From: Tubulanus polymorphus
Lineage: Eukaryota; Animalia; Nemertea
NCBI RefSeq assembly: GCF_964204645.1
Contig: NC_134036.1
Span: 2,852,001-2,916,000, forward strand
Reading direction: 5' to 3'
Length of the DNA stretch: 64,000 nt
This document shows, piece by piece, positions 54,101-64,000 of the stretch. Made by a program: the position numbers and the translations under genes. The notes below the pieces were generated by a model that saw nothing but the letters and a program-made list of their open reading frames with translations, had not been told where the DNA came from and did not search any database. Position 1 is the first letter of the stretch. Every line of letters starts with the position of its first letter.

Positions 54101-57100
54101 TTATTTTAGATGAGTTATTTTAATGAGTACTTCATGTTATGTTTGTCTCGGGTGCTTTGATTCCCGGTGCAGCTCGGATGTTGTCTGTGTAATAGTTTCC
54201 AGCTTTGGGGTTAGATTCCCAGATCAGCTTGGATTTTGTCTTTAAACACTTCAAATGTGTTTTCTGGCTATAATACATTCATAGAGATATTATCTTCTTG
54301 TAAAATGTTCAAGGCTGTCAGGTTAGACCCTGATATATCTTTCGCATTGCCTTTCAACACTTTAGAATGTTTTCTGTCTGAAATACATTCATACATAGAT
54401 TATCAACCTTTGATAATGCTCCACATTGTCAGGTTAGACCCTGATATATCTTTTGCGTTGCCTTCATACATTTCAAATGTGTTTTCTGGCTATGAAAACA
54501 TTCATAAAGATCCAAGCTGTAGGTTATATAGATACCAGGGTACTGCAACCCTTTACAGACTGTAGGTAAGACTTGTCAATGATGCTGAGTGAGCTTGTTT
54601 TTCAATTCTTGTATATAATTATTTTAGATGAGTTATTTTAATGAGTACTTCATGTTATGTTTGTCTCGGTTGCTTTGATTCCCGGTGCAGCTCGGATGTT
54701 GTCTGTGTAATAGTTTCCAGCTGTAGGGTTAGATTCCCAGAACAGCTTGGATTTTGTCTTTGAACACTTCAAATGTGTTTTCTGGCTGTAATACATTCAT
54801 AGAGATATTATCTTCTTGTAAAATGTTCCAGCTGTCAGGTTAGACCCTGTTATATCTTTCGCATTGCCTTTCAACGCTTTAGAATGTTTTCTGTCTGAAA
54901 TACATTCATACATAGATTATCAACTTTTGATAATGCTCCACGCTGTCAAGTTAGACCCTGATACATCTTTCACATTGCCTTTTAACATTTCAAATGTGTT
55001 TCTTGGCTATGAATACATTCATAAAGATACAAGCTGCAGGTTATATAGATACCAGGGTACTGCAACCCTTTACAGACTGTAGGTAAGACTTGTCAATGAT
55101 GCTGAGTGAGTTTGTTTTTCAGTTCTTGTATATAATTATTTTAGATGAGTTATTTTAATGAGTCCCTTGTGTTATGTTTGTCTCGGTTGCTTTGATTCCC
55201 GGTGCAGCTCGGATGTTGTCTGTGTAATAGTTTCCAGCTGTGGGGTTAGATTCCCAGAACAGCTTGGATTTTGTCTTTAAACACTTCAAATGTGTTTTCT
55301 GGCTATAATACATTCATAGAGATATTATCTTCTTGTAAAATGTTCAAGGCTGTCAGGTTAGACCCTGATATATCTTTCGCATTGCCTTTCAACACTTTAG
55401 AATGTTTTCTGTCTGAAATACATTCATACAAAGATTATCAACTTTTGATAATGCTCCACACTTTCAGGTTAGACCCTGATATATCTTTTGCGTTGCCTTC
55501 ATACATTTCAAATGTGTTTTCTGGCTATGAAAACATTCATAAAGATCCAAGCTGTAGGTTATATAGATACCAGGGTACTGCAACCCTTTACAGACTGTAG
55601 GTAAGACTTGTCAATGATGCTGAGTGAGCTTGTTTTTCAATTCTTGTATATAATTATTTTAGATGAGTTATTTTAATGAGTACTTCATGTTATGTTTGTC
55701 TCAGTTACTTTGATTCCCGGTGCAGCTCGGATGTTGTCTGTGTAATAGGTTCCAGCTGTCGGGTTAGATTCGCAGAAATGCTTGGATTTTGTCTTTGAAC
55801 ACTTCAAATGTGTTTCCTGGTTATATAATGCATTCATAGAGATATTATCTTCTTGTATAATGTTCCAGGCTGTCAGGTTAGACCCTGATATATCTTTCGC
55901 ATTGCCTTTCAACGCTTTAGGATGTTTTCTGGCTGAAATACATTCATACATAGATTATCAACTTTTGATAATGCTCCACACTGTCAGGTTAGACCCTGAT
56001 ATATCTTTCACATTGCCTTTTAACATTTCAAATGTGTTCTCTGGCTATTCATAAAGATACAAGCTGCAGGTTATATAGATACCAGGGTACTGCAACCCTT
56101 TACAGACTGTAGGTATGACTTGTCAATGATGCTGAGTGAGCTTGTTTTTCAATTCTTGTATATAATTATTTTAGATGAGTTAATTTAATGAGTACTTCAT
56201 GTTATGTTTGTCTCGATTACTTTGATTCCCGGTGCAGCTCGGATGTTGTCTGTGTAATAGTTTCCAGCTGTGGGGTTAGATTCCCAGAACAGCTTGGATT
56301 TTGTCTTTGAACACTTCAAATGTGTTTTCTGGTTATATAATACATTCATAGAGATATTATCTGCTTGTAAAATGTTCTAGGCTGTCAGGTTAGACCCTGA
56401 TACATCTTTCGCATTGCCTCTCAACGCTTAAGAATGTTTTCTGTCTGAAATACATTCATACATAGATTATCAACTTTTGATAATGCTCCACACTGTCAGG
56501 TTAGACCCTGATACATCTTTCACATTGCCTTTTAACATTTCAAATGTGTTTTCTGGCTATGAATACATTCATAAAGATCCAAGCTGCAGGTTATATAGAT
56601 ACCAGGGTACTGCAACCCTTCACAGTCCGTTGGCAAGACTTGTCAATGATGCTGAGTGAGCTTGTTTTTCAATTCTTGTATATAATTATTTTAGATGAGT
56701 TATTTTAATGAGTACTTCATGTTATGTTTGTCTCGGGTGCTTTGATTCCCGGTGCAGCTCGGAAGTTGTCTGTGTAATAGTTTCCAGCTGTGGGGTTAGA
56801 TTCCCAGAACAGCTTGGATTTTGTCTTTGAACACTTCAAATGTGTTTTCTGGTTATATAATACATTCATAGAGATATTATCTGCTTGTAAAATGTTCAAG
56901 GCTGTCAGGTTAGACCCTGATACATCTTTCGCATTGCCTCTCAACGCTTAAGAATGTTTTCTGTCTGAAATACATTCATACATAGATTATCAACTTTTGA
57001 TAATGCTCCACACTGTCAGGTTAGACCCTGATATATCTTTCACATTGCCTTTTAACATTTCAAATGTGTTTCCTGGCTATGAATACATTCATAAAGATCC

Positions 57101-60100
57101 AAGCTGCAGGTTATATAGATACCAGGGTACTGCAACCCTTTACAGTCTGTAGGTAAGACTTGTCGATGATGCTGAGTGAGCTTGTTTTTCAATTCTTGTA
57201 TATAATTATTTTAGATGAGTTATTTTAATGAGTTCTTCATGTTATGTTTGTCTCGGGTGCTTTGATTCCCGGTGCAGCTCGGAAGTTGTCTGTGTAATAG
57301 TTTCCAGCTTTGGGGTTAGATTCCCAGAACAGCTTGGATTTTGTCTTTGAACACTTCAAATGTGTTTACTGGCTATAATACATTCATAGAGAAATTATCT
57401 TCTTGTATAATGTTCAAGGCTGTCAGGTTAGACCCTGATATATCTTTCGCGTTGCCTTTCAACGCTTTTGAATGTTTTCTGGCTGAAATACATTCATACA
57501 TAGATTATCAACTTTTGATAATGCTCCACACTGTCAGGTTAGACCCTGATATATCTTTTGCGTTGCCTTCATACATTTCAAATGTGTTTCCTGGCTATAA
57601 TGCATTCATAAAGATCCAAGCTGTAGGTTATATAGATACCAGGGTACTGCAACCCTTTGCAGACTGTAGGTAAGACTTGTCAATGATGCTGAGTGAGCTT
57701 GTTTTTCAATTCTTGTATATAATTATTTTAGATGAGTTATTTTAATGAGTACTTCATGTTATGTTTGTCTCGGTTGCTTTGATTCCCGGTGCAGCTCGGA
57801 TGTTGTCTGTGTAATAGTTTCACGCTGTAGGGTTAGATTCCCAGAACAGCTTGGATTTTGTCTTTGAACACTTCAAATGTGTTTTCTGGTTATAATGCAT
57901 TCATAGAGATATTATCTATACTTGTAAAATGTCAAGGCTGTCAGGTTAGACCCTGATATATCTTTCACATTGCCTTTCAACGCTTTAGAATGTTTTCTGG
58001 CTGAAATACATTCATACATAGATTATCAACTTTTGATAATGCTCCACACTGTCAGGTTAGACCCTGATATATCTTTTGCGTTGCCTTTTAACATTTCAAA
58101 TGTGTTTCCTGGCTATAATGCATTCATAAAGATCCAAGCTGTAGGTTATATAGATACCAGGGTACTGCAACCCTTTACAGTCTGTAGGTAAGACTTGTCA
58201 ATGATGCTGAGTGAGCTTGTTTTTCAATTCTTGTATATAATTATTTTAGATGAGTTATTTTAATGAGTACTTTGTGTTATGTTTGTCTCGATTACTTTGA
58301 TTCCCGGTGCAGCTCGGATGTTGTCTGTGTAATAGTTTCCAGCTGTGGGGTTAGATTCCCAGAACAGCTTGGATTTTGTCTTTAAACACTTCAAATGCGT
58401 TTTCTGGCTATATAATACATTCATAGAGATATTATCTTCTTGTATAATGTTCAAGGCTGTCAGGTTAGACCCTGATACATCCTTCGCATTGCCTTTTAAC
58501 ATTTCAAATGTGTTTCCTGGCTATGAATACATTCATAAAGTTCAAAGCTGCAGGTTATATAGATACCAGGGTACTGAAACCCTTTACAGTCTGTAGGTAA
58601 GACTTGTCAATGATGCTGAGTGAGATTGTTTTTCAATTCTTGTATATAATTATTTTAGATGAGTTATTTTAATGGGTACTTCATGTTATGTTTGTCTTGG
58701 TTGCTTTGATTCCCGGTACAGCTCGGATGTTGTCTGTGTAATGGTTTCCAGCTGTGGGGTTAGATTCCCAGAACAGCTTGGATTTTGTCTTTGAACACTT
58801 CAAATGTGTTTACTGGCTATAATACATTCATAGAGAAATTATCTTCTTGTATAATGTTCAAGGCTGTCAGGTTAGACCCTGATATATCTTTCGCATTGCC
58901 TCTCAACGCTTTAGAATGTTTTCTGGCTGAAATACATTCATACATAGATTATCAACCTTTGATAATGCTCCACACTGTCAGGTTAGACCCTGATATATCT
59001 TTTGTGTTGCCTTCATACATTTCAAATGTGTTTTCTGGCTATTCATAAAGATCCAAGCTGTAGGTTATATATATACCAGGGTACTGCAACCCTTTACAGT
59101 CTGTAGGTAAGACTTGTCGATGATGCTGAGTGAGCTTGTTTTTCAATTCTTGTATATAACTATTTTAGATGAGTTATTTTAATGTGTACTTCATGTTATG
59201 TTTGTCTCGGTTGTTTTGATTCCCGGTGCAGCTCGGAAGTTGTCTGTGTAATAGCGTCTAGCTGTGGGGTTAGATTCCCAGTGCAGCTTGGATTTTGTCT
59301 TTAAACACTCTGTGTTTAAAACAAATGTTTTTTCTGGCTATATAATACATTCATAGAGACATTCATGACTTGTACTTTCTAGTTTAAAATGATGCAGAGT
59401 TTGCTGGTCTTAACAATCTACAAGCAATTATCTCAATGATTGCTTGTAGTTACAATAGAGTCGCTGCGGGTGAGCTGGTTTTTTAATGGACCAGTCACAG
59501 ATGGTTTAAATCTCATTGTTTCTTTCCTATTTTTCAGTGCACTGATTTCTGCTTTTGAAAAAGCGAAGAAAAAATACCAAAGTCGCGTGCGTCGACTGGA
59601 GACGCAAATCGATTCGCAAACTGAGCGCTACGAAACTCAGGTAGATAAATTAATATTCATTTCAAAATGCTGATTGATCAACAGTGTTCATTGTTTGAAA
59701 AATCATGCATGTTCACCAGTTGTGCATGTTTCATTTATTCGTAGATGACTTCCCTTTTTTTGCCCCTTGATTTTTTCAATTTCAACGCAATTATCACCTT
59801 AGTGATTTATCGAGAAATCCTTTTTTAATTTAGATTTGGAACTTTATTTTTGATAATTTTGTTAGTAAATTTCCATACGAACAAATTTTGCTAGATGTTT
59901 TCATTTACATCATAAGATTTCAGCAGTTTGAATGTGTTCCCCTAGTTATGAGATAGATGGCGCTAGAAGCTGTTGCATGAAATCTATTCAACTGTGTAAA
60001 TGCATCGCATTGTTTGTATGATAGATGGCAGCAGTGTTTGCTATGAGACCATGAAGATCTAATGTTTATTATAAGGTCCCGAATCTAGGACAAGCGTGTC

Positions 60101-60964
60101 CCCTTAATTTAGTATGGTTCATTTTGCTCTAAGTTTTAATGATTAGATATGAATTTAACATCGCGATATGCTTGAATAGTTATATCCAAATGTAGGGAGT
60201 GGGAATAATATGTGCTTTGCAAAAAACATCCACCGGTAGCAAATAGAATCTGTTCTCCTACACAACAGAAGAAAATATCATCAACGATAAAAATAGTGTT
60301 GTACAGGACGGTGATGAACCAACCTTTCCTAGAGTGCTTATTTATTGTTGATATAAGGAAGAGATATAAAGGCAATTTCATTAGCCTACTTCATACTCGC
60401 TCGACAGATTGAAACACAGAATTTTCTGATGATATATATTTTGTCCTGTACAAAACTGTCCTGCACAAAACGTTGGGTATCATCAATTTTAGTGTTAGTC
60501 CTGTTTTCAATTCACATCCATAGGTACCCGCACAAAAGCCTCATTACCTTCATATCTATCCAAACATATCTTGCTCTGAAAATGCTTGGGTCGTCTCCAT
60601 CTTGTACAACACTATTCTTAGGGATATATTTTCCAGTATGCAAATCAGAATAGGACCTTTCGTTATATTTGAATAAGAGTATTAGTAATTAGGAAATTCA
60701 CTTGTTAGTGTAAAAGTCCTGAGCGCATCTTCAGGAATTGCGGGATTCTTTATCTAAGGTTTCTATCAAATTGTTTCTTACATAGACGATAAGATTTTCA
60801 CTGATAAATGTCGTACACTATCGAGAACAAACGCTAAAATATCAAATTTTCAAAATATCGATATATCAATCTAATTTCAGATCAAGGAGCTGAAACAGCG
60901 AATCGCGTTACTCGAAGACAAAACGAAACGACCAATGACCACGGCGAATGAAACATCGCTATAG
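18583..60964 (+). CDS. MCC: Colorectal mutant cancer protein (MCC) orthologue, long EF-hand isoform, 18 coding exons, 1043 aa
   Basis: Exons: 18583-18746, 19991-20277, 21543-21694, 26175-26294, 26936-27078, 27391-27497, 28091-28272, 35303-35557, 35726-35886, 36237-36351, 36431-36634, 36916-37105, 37532-37742, 38572-38806, 39259-39432, 39690-39934, 59538-59640, 60881-60964. All introns are GT-AG with consistent phases, total 3132 nt. Diagnostic MCC motifs: SSTAEEERLRRLFVSCDHDGDGYI, LRYEERITELHSVIAEL, VAEHLAASLQDCSN, GKYESN, RLDLENAVLMQELMAMKEE, HQQSAEFVNDLKRAN, LKQRIALLE..NETSL (PDZ-binding end). Confidence 0.95.
19395..19855. repeat. Degenerate ~50-60 bp tandem repeat in MCC intron 1
   Basis: Recurring TTGAAT..ATCTTTGGCCTATTGGTCAGTCAGTTATT core, about 8 copies. 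Confidence 0.7.
20865..21400. repeat. Recent ~265-bp tandem duplication in MCC intron 2
   Basis: 20865-21129 and 21130-21400 are nearly identical; this produces the twin MMHSVQKSK ORFs in the track. Confidence 0.9.
23365..23910. repeat. Degenerate short tandem repeat in MCC intron 3
   Basis: Recurring TAGGC(A/C)CAGACTACATCAATTTCT-like units. Confidence 0.6.
25888..26150. repeat. ~150-bp local duplication before MCC exon 4
   Basis: GAATCTT(A/G)CGATGTATAGTGG..TTACCAACTTTCAA..AAGTCAAACTGAAT occurs at ~25888 and ~26040. Confidence 0.7.
26320..26850 (+). repeat. Degenerate ~90-bp tandem units with tRNA/SINE-like A- and B-box remnants
   Basis: About four units of the form GCTGTC..TGGTTT(A/G)GTTGAAA....GGGTTT(G/A)AA(A)CC..TGA..CCATGTT. 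Confidence 0.45.
27190..27361 (+). mobile_element. 3' end of a 5'-truncated CR1/L2-group LINE
   Basis: ELRSITDIEIFKSTLKTFLFRKAYQ* is the typical CR1/L2 ORF2 C-terminus. It is followed by an AGCGCC...GGCGCT 3'UTR stem and a (GATT)n tail. Confidence 0.8.
28392..35240. repeat. ~6.8 kb minisatellite (22-28 bp variant units, core TCTAGTTGAGTCT) in MCC intron 7
   Basis: Interspersed variants include TCTAGTTGAGTCTAAGAGTGGAGA, TCTAGTTGAGTCTGTGTGAAGT, TCTAGTTGGTTCTGAGTGAAGA and TCTAGTTGAGTCTATCTAAGAGTGGAGA. Both edges are more degenerate than the centre. Confidence 0.97.
37850..38460. repeat. Degenerate repeat family (ACGCTTTTA(C/T)GGT(C/T)C core), also present at ~24120-24420
   Basis: The same core and downstream TCTCTACCA(A/G)G motif recur several times in introns 3 and 13. 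Confidence 0.55.
38831..39035. mobile_element. Probable MITE remnant, with a related copy at ~37247-37476
   Basis: Starts with CAGGGT and contains TCAGGGAAAAGTCAGGGAATTT and GGGGAAATTT.TTGAGATTG..ATGTCTTACGT, shared with the intron 12 copy, which ends in CCCTG. Confidence 0.4.
39143..39179. repeat. (TA)n microsatellite
   Basis: Perfect TA run. Confidence 0.95.
39965..52455. repeat. Macrosatellite array A: ~7 monomers of ~1.75-2.4 kb, each with 3-9 internal ~110-bp subrepeats
   Basis: Marker CAGGCTGCAAGGTTAGAATCCTGA at ~40180, 41959, 43724, 45490, 47926, 49669 and 51655. Length differences equal multiples of the ~110-bp GGTTAGACCCTGAT subrepeat (3,3,3,9,3,5,3 copies). Confidence 0.95.
52456..59365. 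repeat. Satellite array B: ~14 monomers of ~510-520 bp, related to array A
   Basis: Marker GATTCCCGGTGCAGCTCGGA at ~52621, 53131, 53649, 54159, 54677, 55194, 55712, 56224, 56744, 57264, 57781, 58299, 58708 and 59218. One 409-bp monomer lacks one 110-bp subrepeat. Confidence 0.95.
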
Positions 60965-61440
60965 CAACACGTGTATAAATCTGCCTTATCGCGTCGGAAC
61001 TGTCTCTCCATAACTTATTCTCCTACACAGTGATATATACACTTAATATATATATATATACATATATACTTCCTAATCAATGATTAATATTATCATTATT
61101 AATTATAACGATTCTGATTGATAAAATAAGAATTATCTTGTTCGCTAAAATAGTGCGTGCGTGTCTTAAATTTTGTTTGCGGTAGGTTTTCATTTGTCAT
61201 TTGAAAGTTTGGAAAAAATAGAAGTATGGATGAGATATAAAGGTAATAAATAATGTTTCCTTACTTCACGCTCGCTGGAGAAATTGAAACACAGAATTTT
61301 CTGATGATATGAATTTTGTTCTGTACAAAACTATCCTGCACAAAACATTTGGTATCATCAATTTTAGAATAAGTCCTGTTTTCAATTAACATCCATAGGT
61401 ACCCGCACAAAAGCCTTATTACCTTCATATCTATCCAAAC
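60390..61440. repeat. ~180-bp direct repeat pair flanking the last MCC exon (60390-60570, 61262-61440)
   Basis: ATTGAAACACAGAATTTTCTGATGATAT...CATCCATAGGTACCCGCACAAAAGCC..ACCTTCATATCTATCCAAAC occurs twice. Confidence 0.8.
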
Positions 61441-62875
61441 TTAACAGGATTTTTTCAATCAAACTTTTGGCCTGAAAATGCTAACCAGAATTTAGTTTTT
61501 CTAATGGCTGGATTTTTTCTGACATACAAGAAGTTATTCAAGGAGGCATATACGGATGACCCCATTCTATATATGATGAAATGGTTGACCAGAAGACATG
61601 CTATTCATACCATTTTCAATTATGTATTGACCCGTTTACTAGAGGATATTCAGTTTACATTCTTATTTCAAATTTTGCCCTAGTTATAAGGAGTCTTATG
61701 TTGGCATTGCAGCCATGAAGGAAATATTTGTGCGACATGTTGCAGCAAAAGCCACAGTTATTAACAAAGGACAAATTGTTATTTGAAGCCCTAATTTATG
61801 AGGAATTGATGTTGACTTTATTGGTATTAAAAAAGGACTTGTAAGGTATTGCAAGATGCAGGCAAAAATATGAGGATATAAATATCAACATGGATATCTA
61901 CTAGGGAGTTGTCTGTAAGACACACAATTCGGACTAAGGACACTTGCAGTTCTAGGCTTACGCAATTAAAATGAGAGATTGGAAAAACTGATTTCAGGTA
62001 AGTTTAGGTTTAAGAGTTGACTTAACAAAGTTTGATATTTAGCGCTACAAACAATTTGCCACACACAAAATAAAATTACACTTATTCATTAATTCATAAT
62101 AATAACCGAATGAAAAATGTGGCTGTATTGATATTCGCACAATGGTTTTTCTAGTTGCCCGGCAACACGTGATAACGCAGAGAATGAACACAGATTTTTT
62201 TCCAATACAAATTTTATTTTATTTCCGTGGTTGAAGATCTTTCATCTGTAGGTCCTTCAAAAATGGCGCAATTAATTCATAACAACCATCAAGATCAGAT
62301 ATTTCATTTTCCATAATCAGAGACCAAAATAAGGGTCACTCAGCTGTCTTAATGTGACATGTATGAAGTATGTGTGTATCAGGGGCCTCTAGACCCTTCT
62401 TTTGACTTTGTAGTACCATATGATATTTATTTAGGCCATTTTGGTACTTGATTTTGCAGTTATTTGGTATCAGGGGTATCTTTCGACTTGGATGCACCAT
62501 ATGATCAGTTAAAGCATTTTGATAGTTGACTTTTCAGTTTGGAAGTAATTTTTGTGTATATTTCTGTGTACATCAAGTGGATCATTTGACTTACCTTACG
62601 ATCACTGTTTAGGCCTTTTGAATTTGATTTCATGATCATTTTATTTGTCCAAGTTTCAAATGTTAATACTTTTTGTATCAATGACGAGATGGGAGGAAAG
62701 AGCTGAAATCTTGCTTAATTGAAAAATGATATTTAGGAGAAAATCTTTTTGTGATAATGTTTGATAATGCTTTGCACAGAAATGAGGCAATTACATGGGG
62801 TCGGGAAATCCACAAAGAATCAGAAAAAAATCCACAAGAAATTGTCCTGAATCAGGATGACACTGATTTGTGCTA

Positions 62876-63015
<140 letters not shown>

Positions 63016-63269
63016 CATTAGTAAGCTAGGCCTCGACTTACTATGTTGCGATTGTGTAAAGTATTTCTACTTATTCGTGTTCCATAACAATAACTGAAGA
63101 TATATTTGAAAAAAACCTGAGAAAAAATGCCCATCGAAATCAGCCAGTGATACCAAATAATCACTTCTATGATACCAGCCAGTGATTAATCACCGAAATT
63201 AATCTTGTATGTAAAATATGTACCCTAGGTATTGTCTCTTTAACTTAAGTTCGATATTAGAAATTGTCG

Positions 63270-63780
63270 AAAATTCTGATAAATAGATTTCAAGCCATGT
63301 ATGTTGATAGTAGAATTTGTCTCAGGTTAGGCCTTGAACCTGAGTTAAGTTCTTTATTTGGATAATTAGATATTGTCTTCAAATTTGATAAGTAGATCAC
63401 AGTTAAATATGTTTATGTTGTAAATTGCCTCAGGTTAGGCCTTCAACCTGAGTTCAGCCCTATATATAAATACTAGAAATTGTTTTGAGATTTGATAAAT
63501 AGATAGTACCGGGTAGTTAAATTAACTTCAGTCATTGATGCAGTTGTTGTCTCAGTTTACGCCTTGAACCCGAGTTAATCCCTGTTTGTGAATTAGAAGC
63601 CCTTAAATCTGATAAATTGATCACAGTAAAACTAATTTAAGATCTGTATATGTGTTATAGATTAGCTCACGTTAGGCCTTGAACCTGAGCTAGGTTCTGT
63701 ATTTGGATAATAGATATTTCAAGTTGAGTGTTGTATGTATAATTTGTTTCAGGTTAGGCCTTGAACCTGAGTTAAGCTGT
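63270..63780. repeat. Degenerate ~80-120 bp tandem repeat with a palindromic core
   Basis: CTCAGGTTAGGCCTTGAACCTGAG-like core at ~63321, 63428, 63551, 63666 and 63748. Confidence 0.75.
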
Positions 63781-64000
63781 AGTTTCGCATTATGCAAGGT
63801 TTAAGTCAGGTGCAATTGAATTGTTATAGACCCTAAATTTAGGTTATTACGGTCATTACTATTAATAGCTTTAACAATTAATGCATTGATTAAGCACACC
63901 TTGTAGAGATGAGACAAATAAAATAATTTTGAGGTCTTGAAATTTGAAAAACCAGAAATATTCACAAAAATATAGCACAAGACTTCCAATACAAGGAAGG

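Noticed and set aside
40681-59048. The many AVRLDPDISFALPFNTSNVFSG ORFs as a repeat protein
   Set aside because: Frames shift and stop inconsistently between copies, so these are by-products of the 110-bp subrepeat.
39965-59365. Hammerhead ribozyme (retrozyme) satellite or tRNA gene array
   Set aside because: I found no CTGANGA plus GAAA core in a hammerhead arrangement on either strand by eye, and no full cloverleaf; only T-arm-like hairpins are present.

Overview
AT-rich genomic DNA from an invertebrate animal with spliceosomal GT-AG introns; a lophotrochozoan source is a guess, not shown. From left to right: (1) a two-exon, atypical Cdc42/RhoQ-like Rho GTPase on the minus strand (2117-3901) that lacks a terminal CaaX box; (2) a tandemly duplicated block (~6.9-17.1 kb) holding three small secreted cystine-knot (ICK, C-C-CC-C-C) peptide genes on the minus strand, each with two coding exons and not correctly recovered by the ORF track, interleaved with one intact intronless class A GPCR and three 5'-only GPCR fragments; (3) a complete MCC (colorectal mutant cancer protein) orthologue on the plus strand (18583-60964, 18 coding exons, 1043 aa, EF-hand N-terminus, C-terminal ETSL). 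MCC intron 7 holds a ~6.8 kb minisatellite, and its 19.6 kb intron 16 is almost entirely nested tandem repeats. The best candidate for a new system is the conotoxin/nemertide-like knottin cluster, which has a conserved signal exon, a hypervariable mature exon and a co-duplicated GPCR 5' end. All coordinates were read by eye, so repeat boundaries are approximate.
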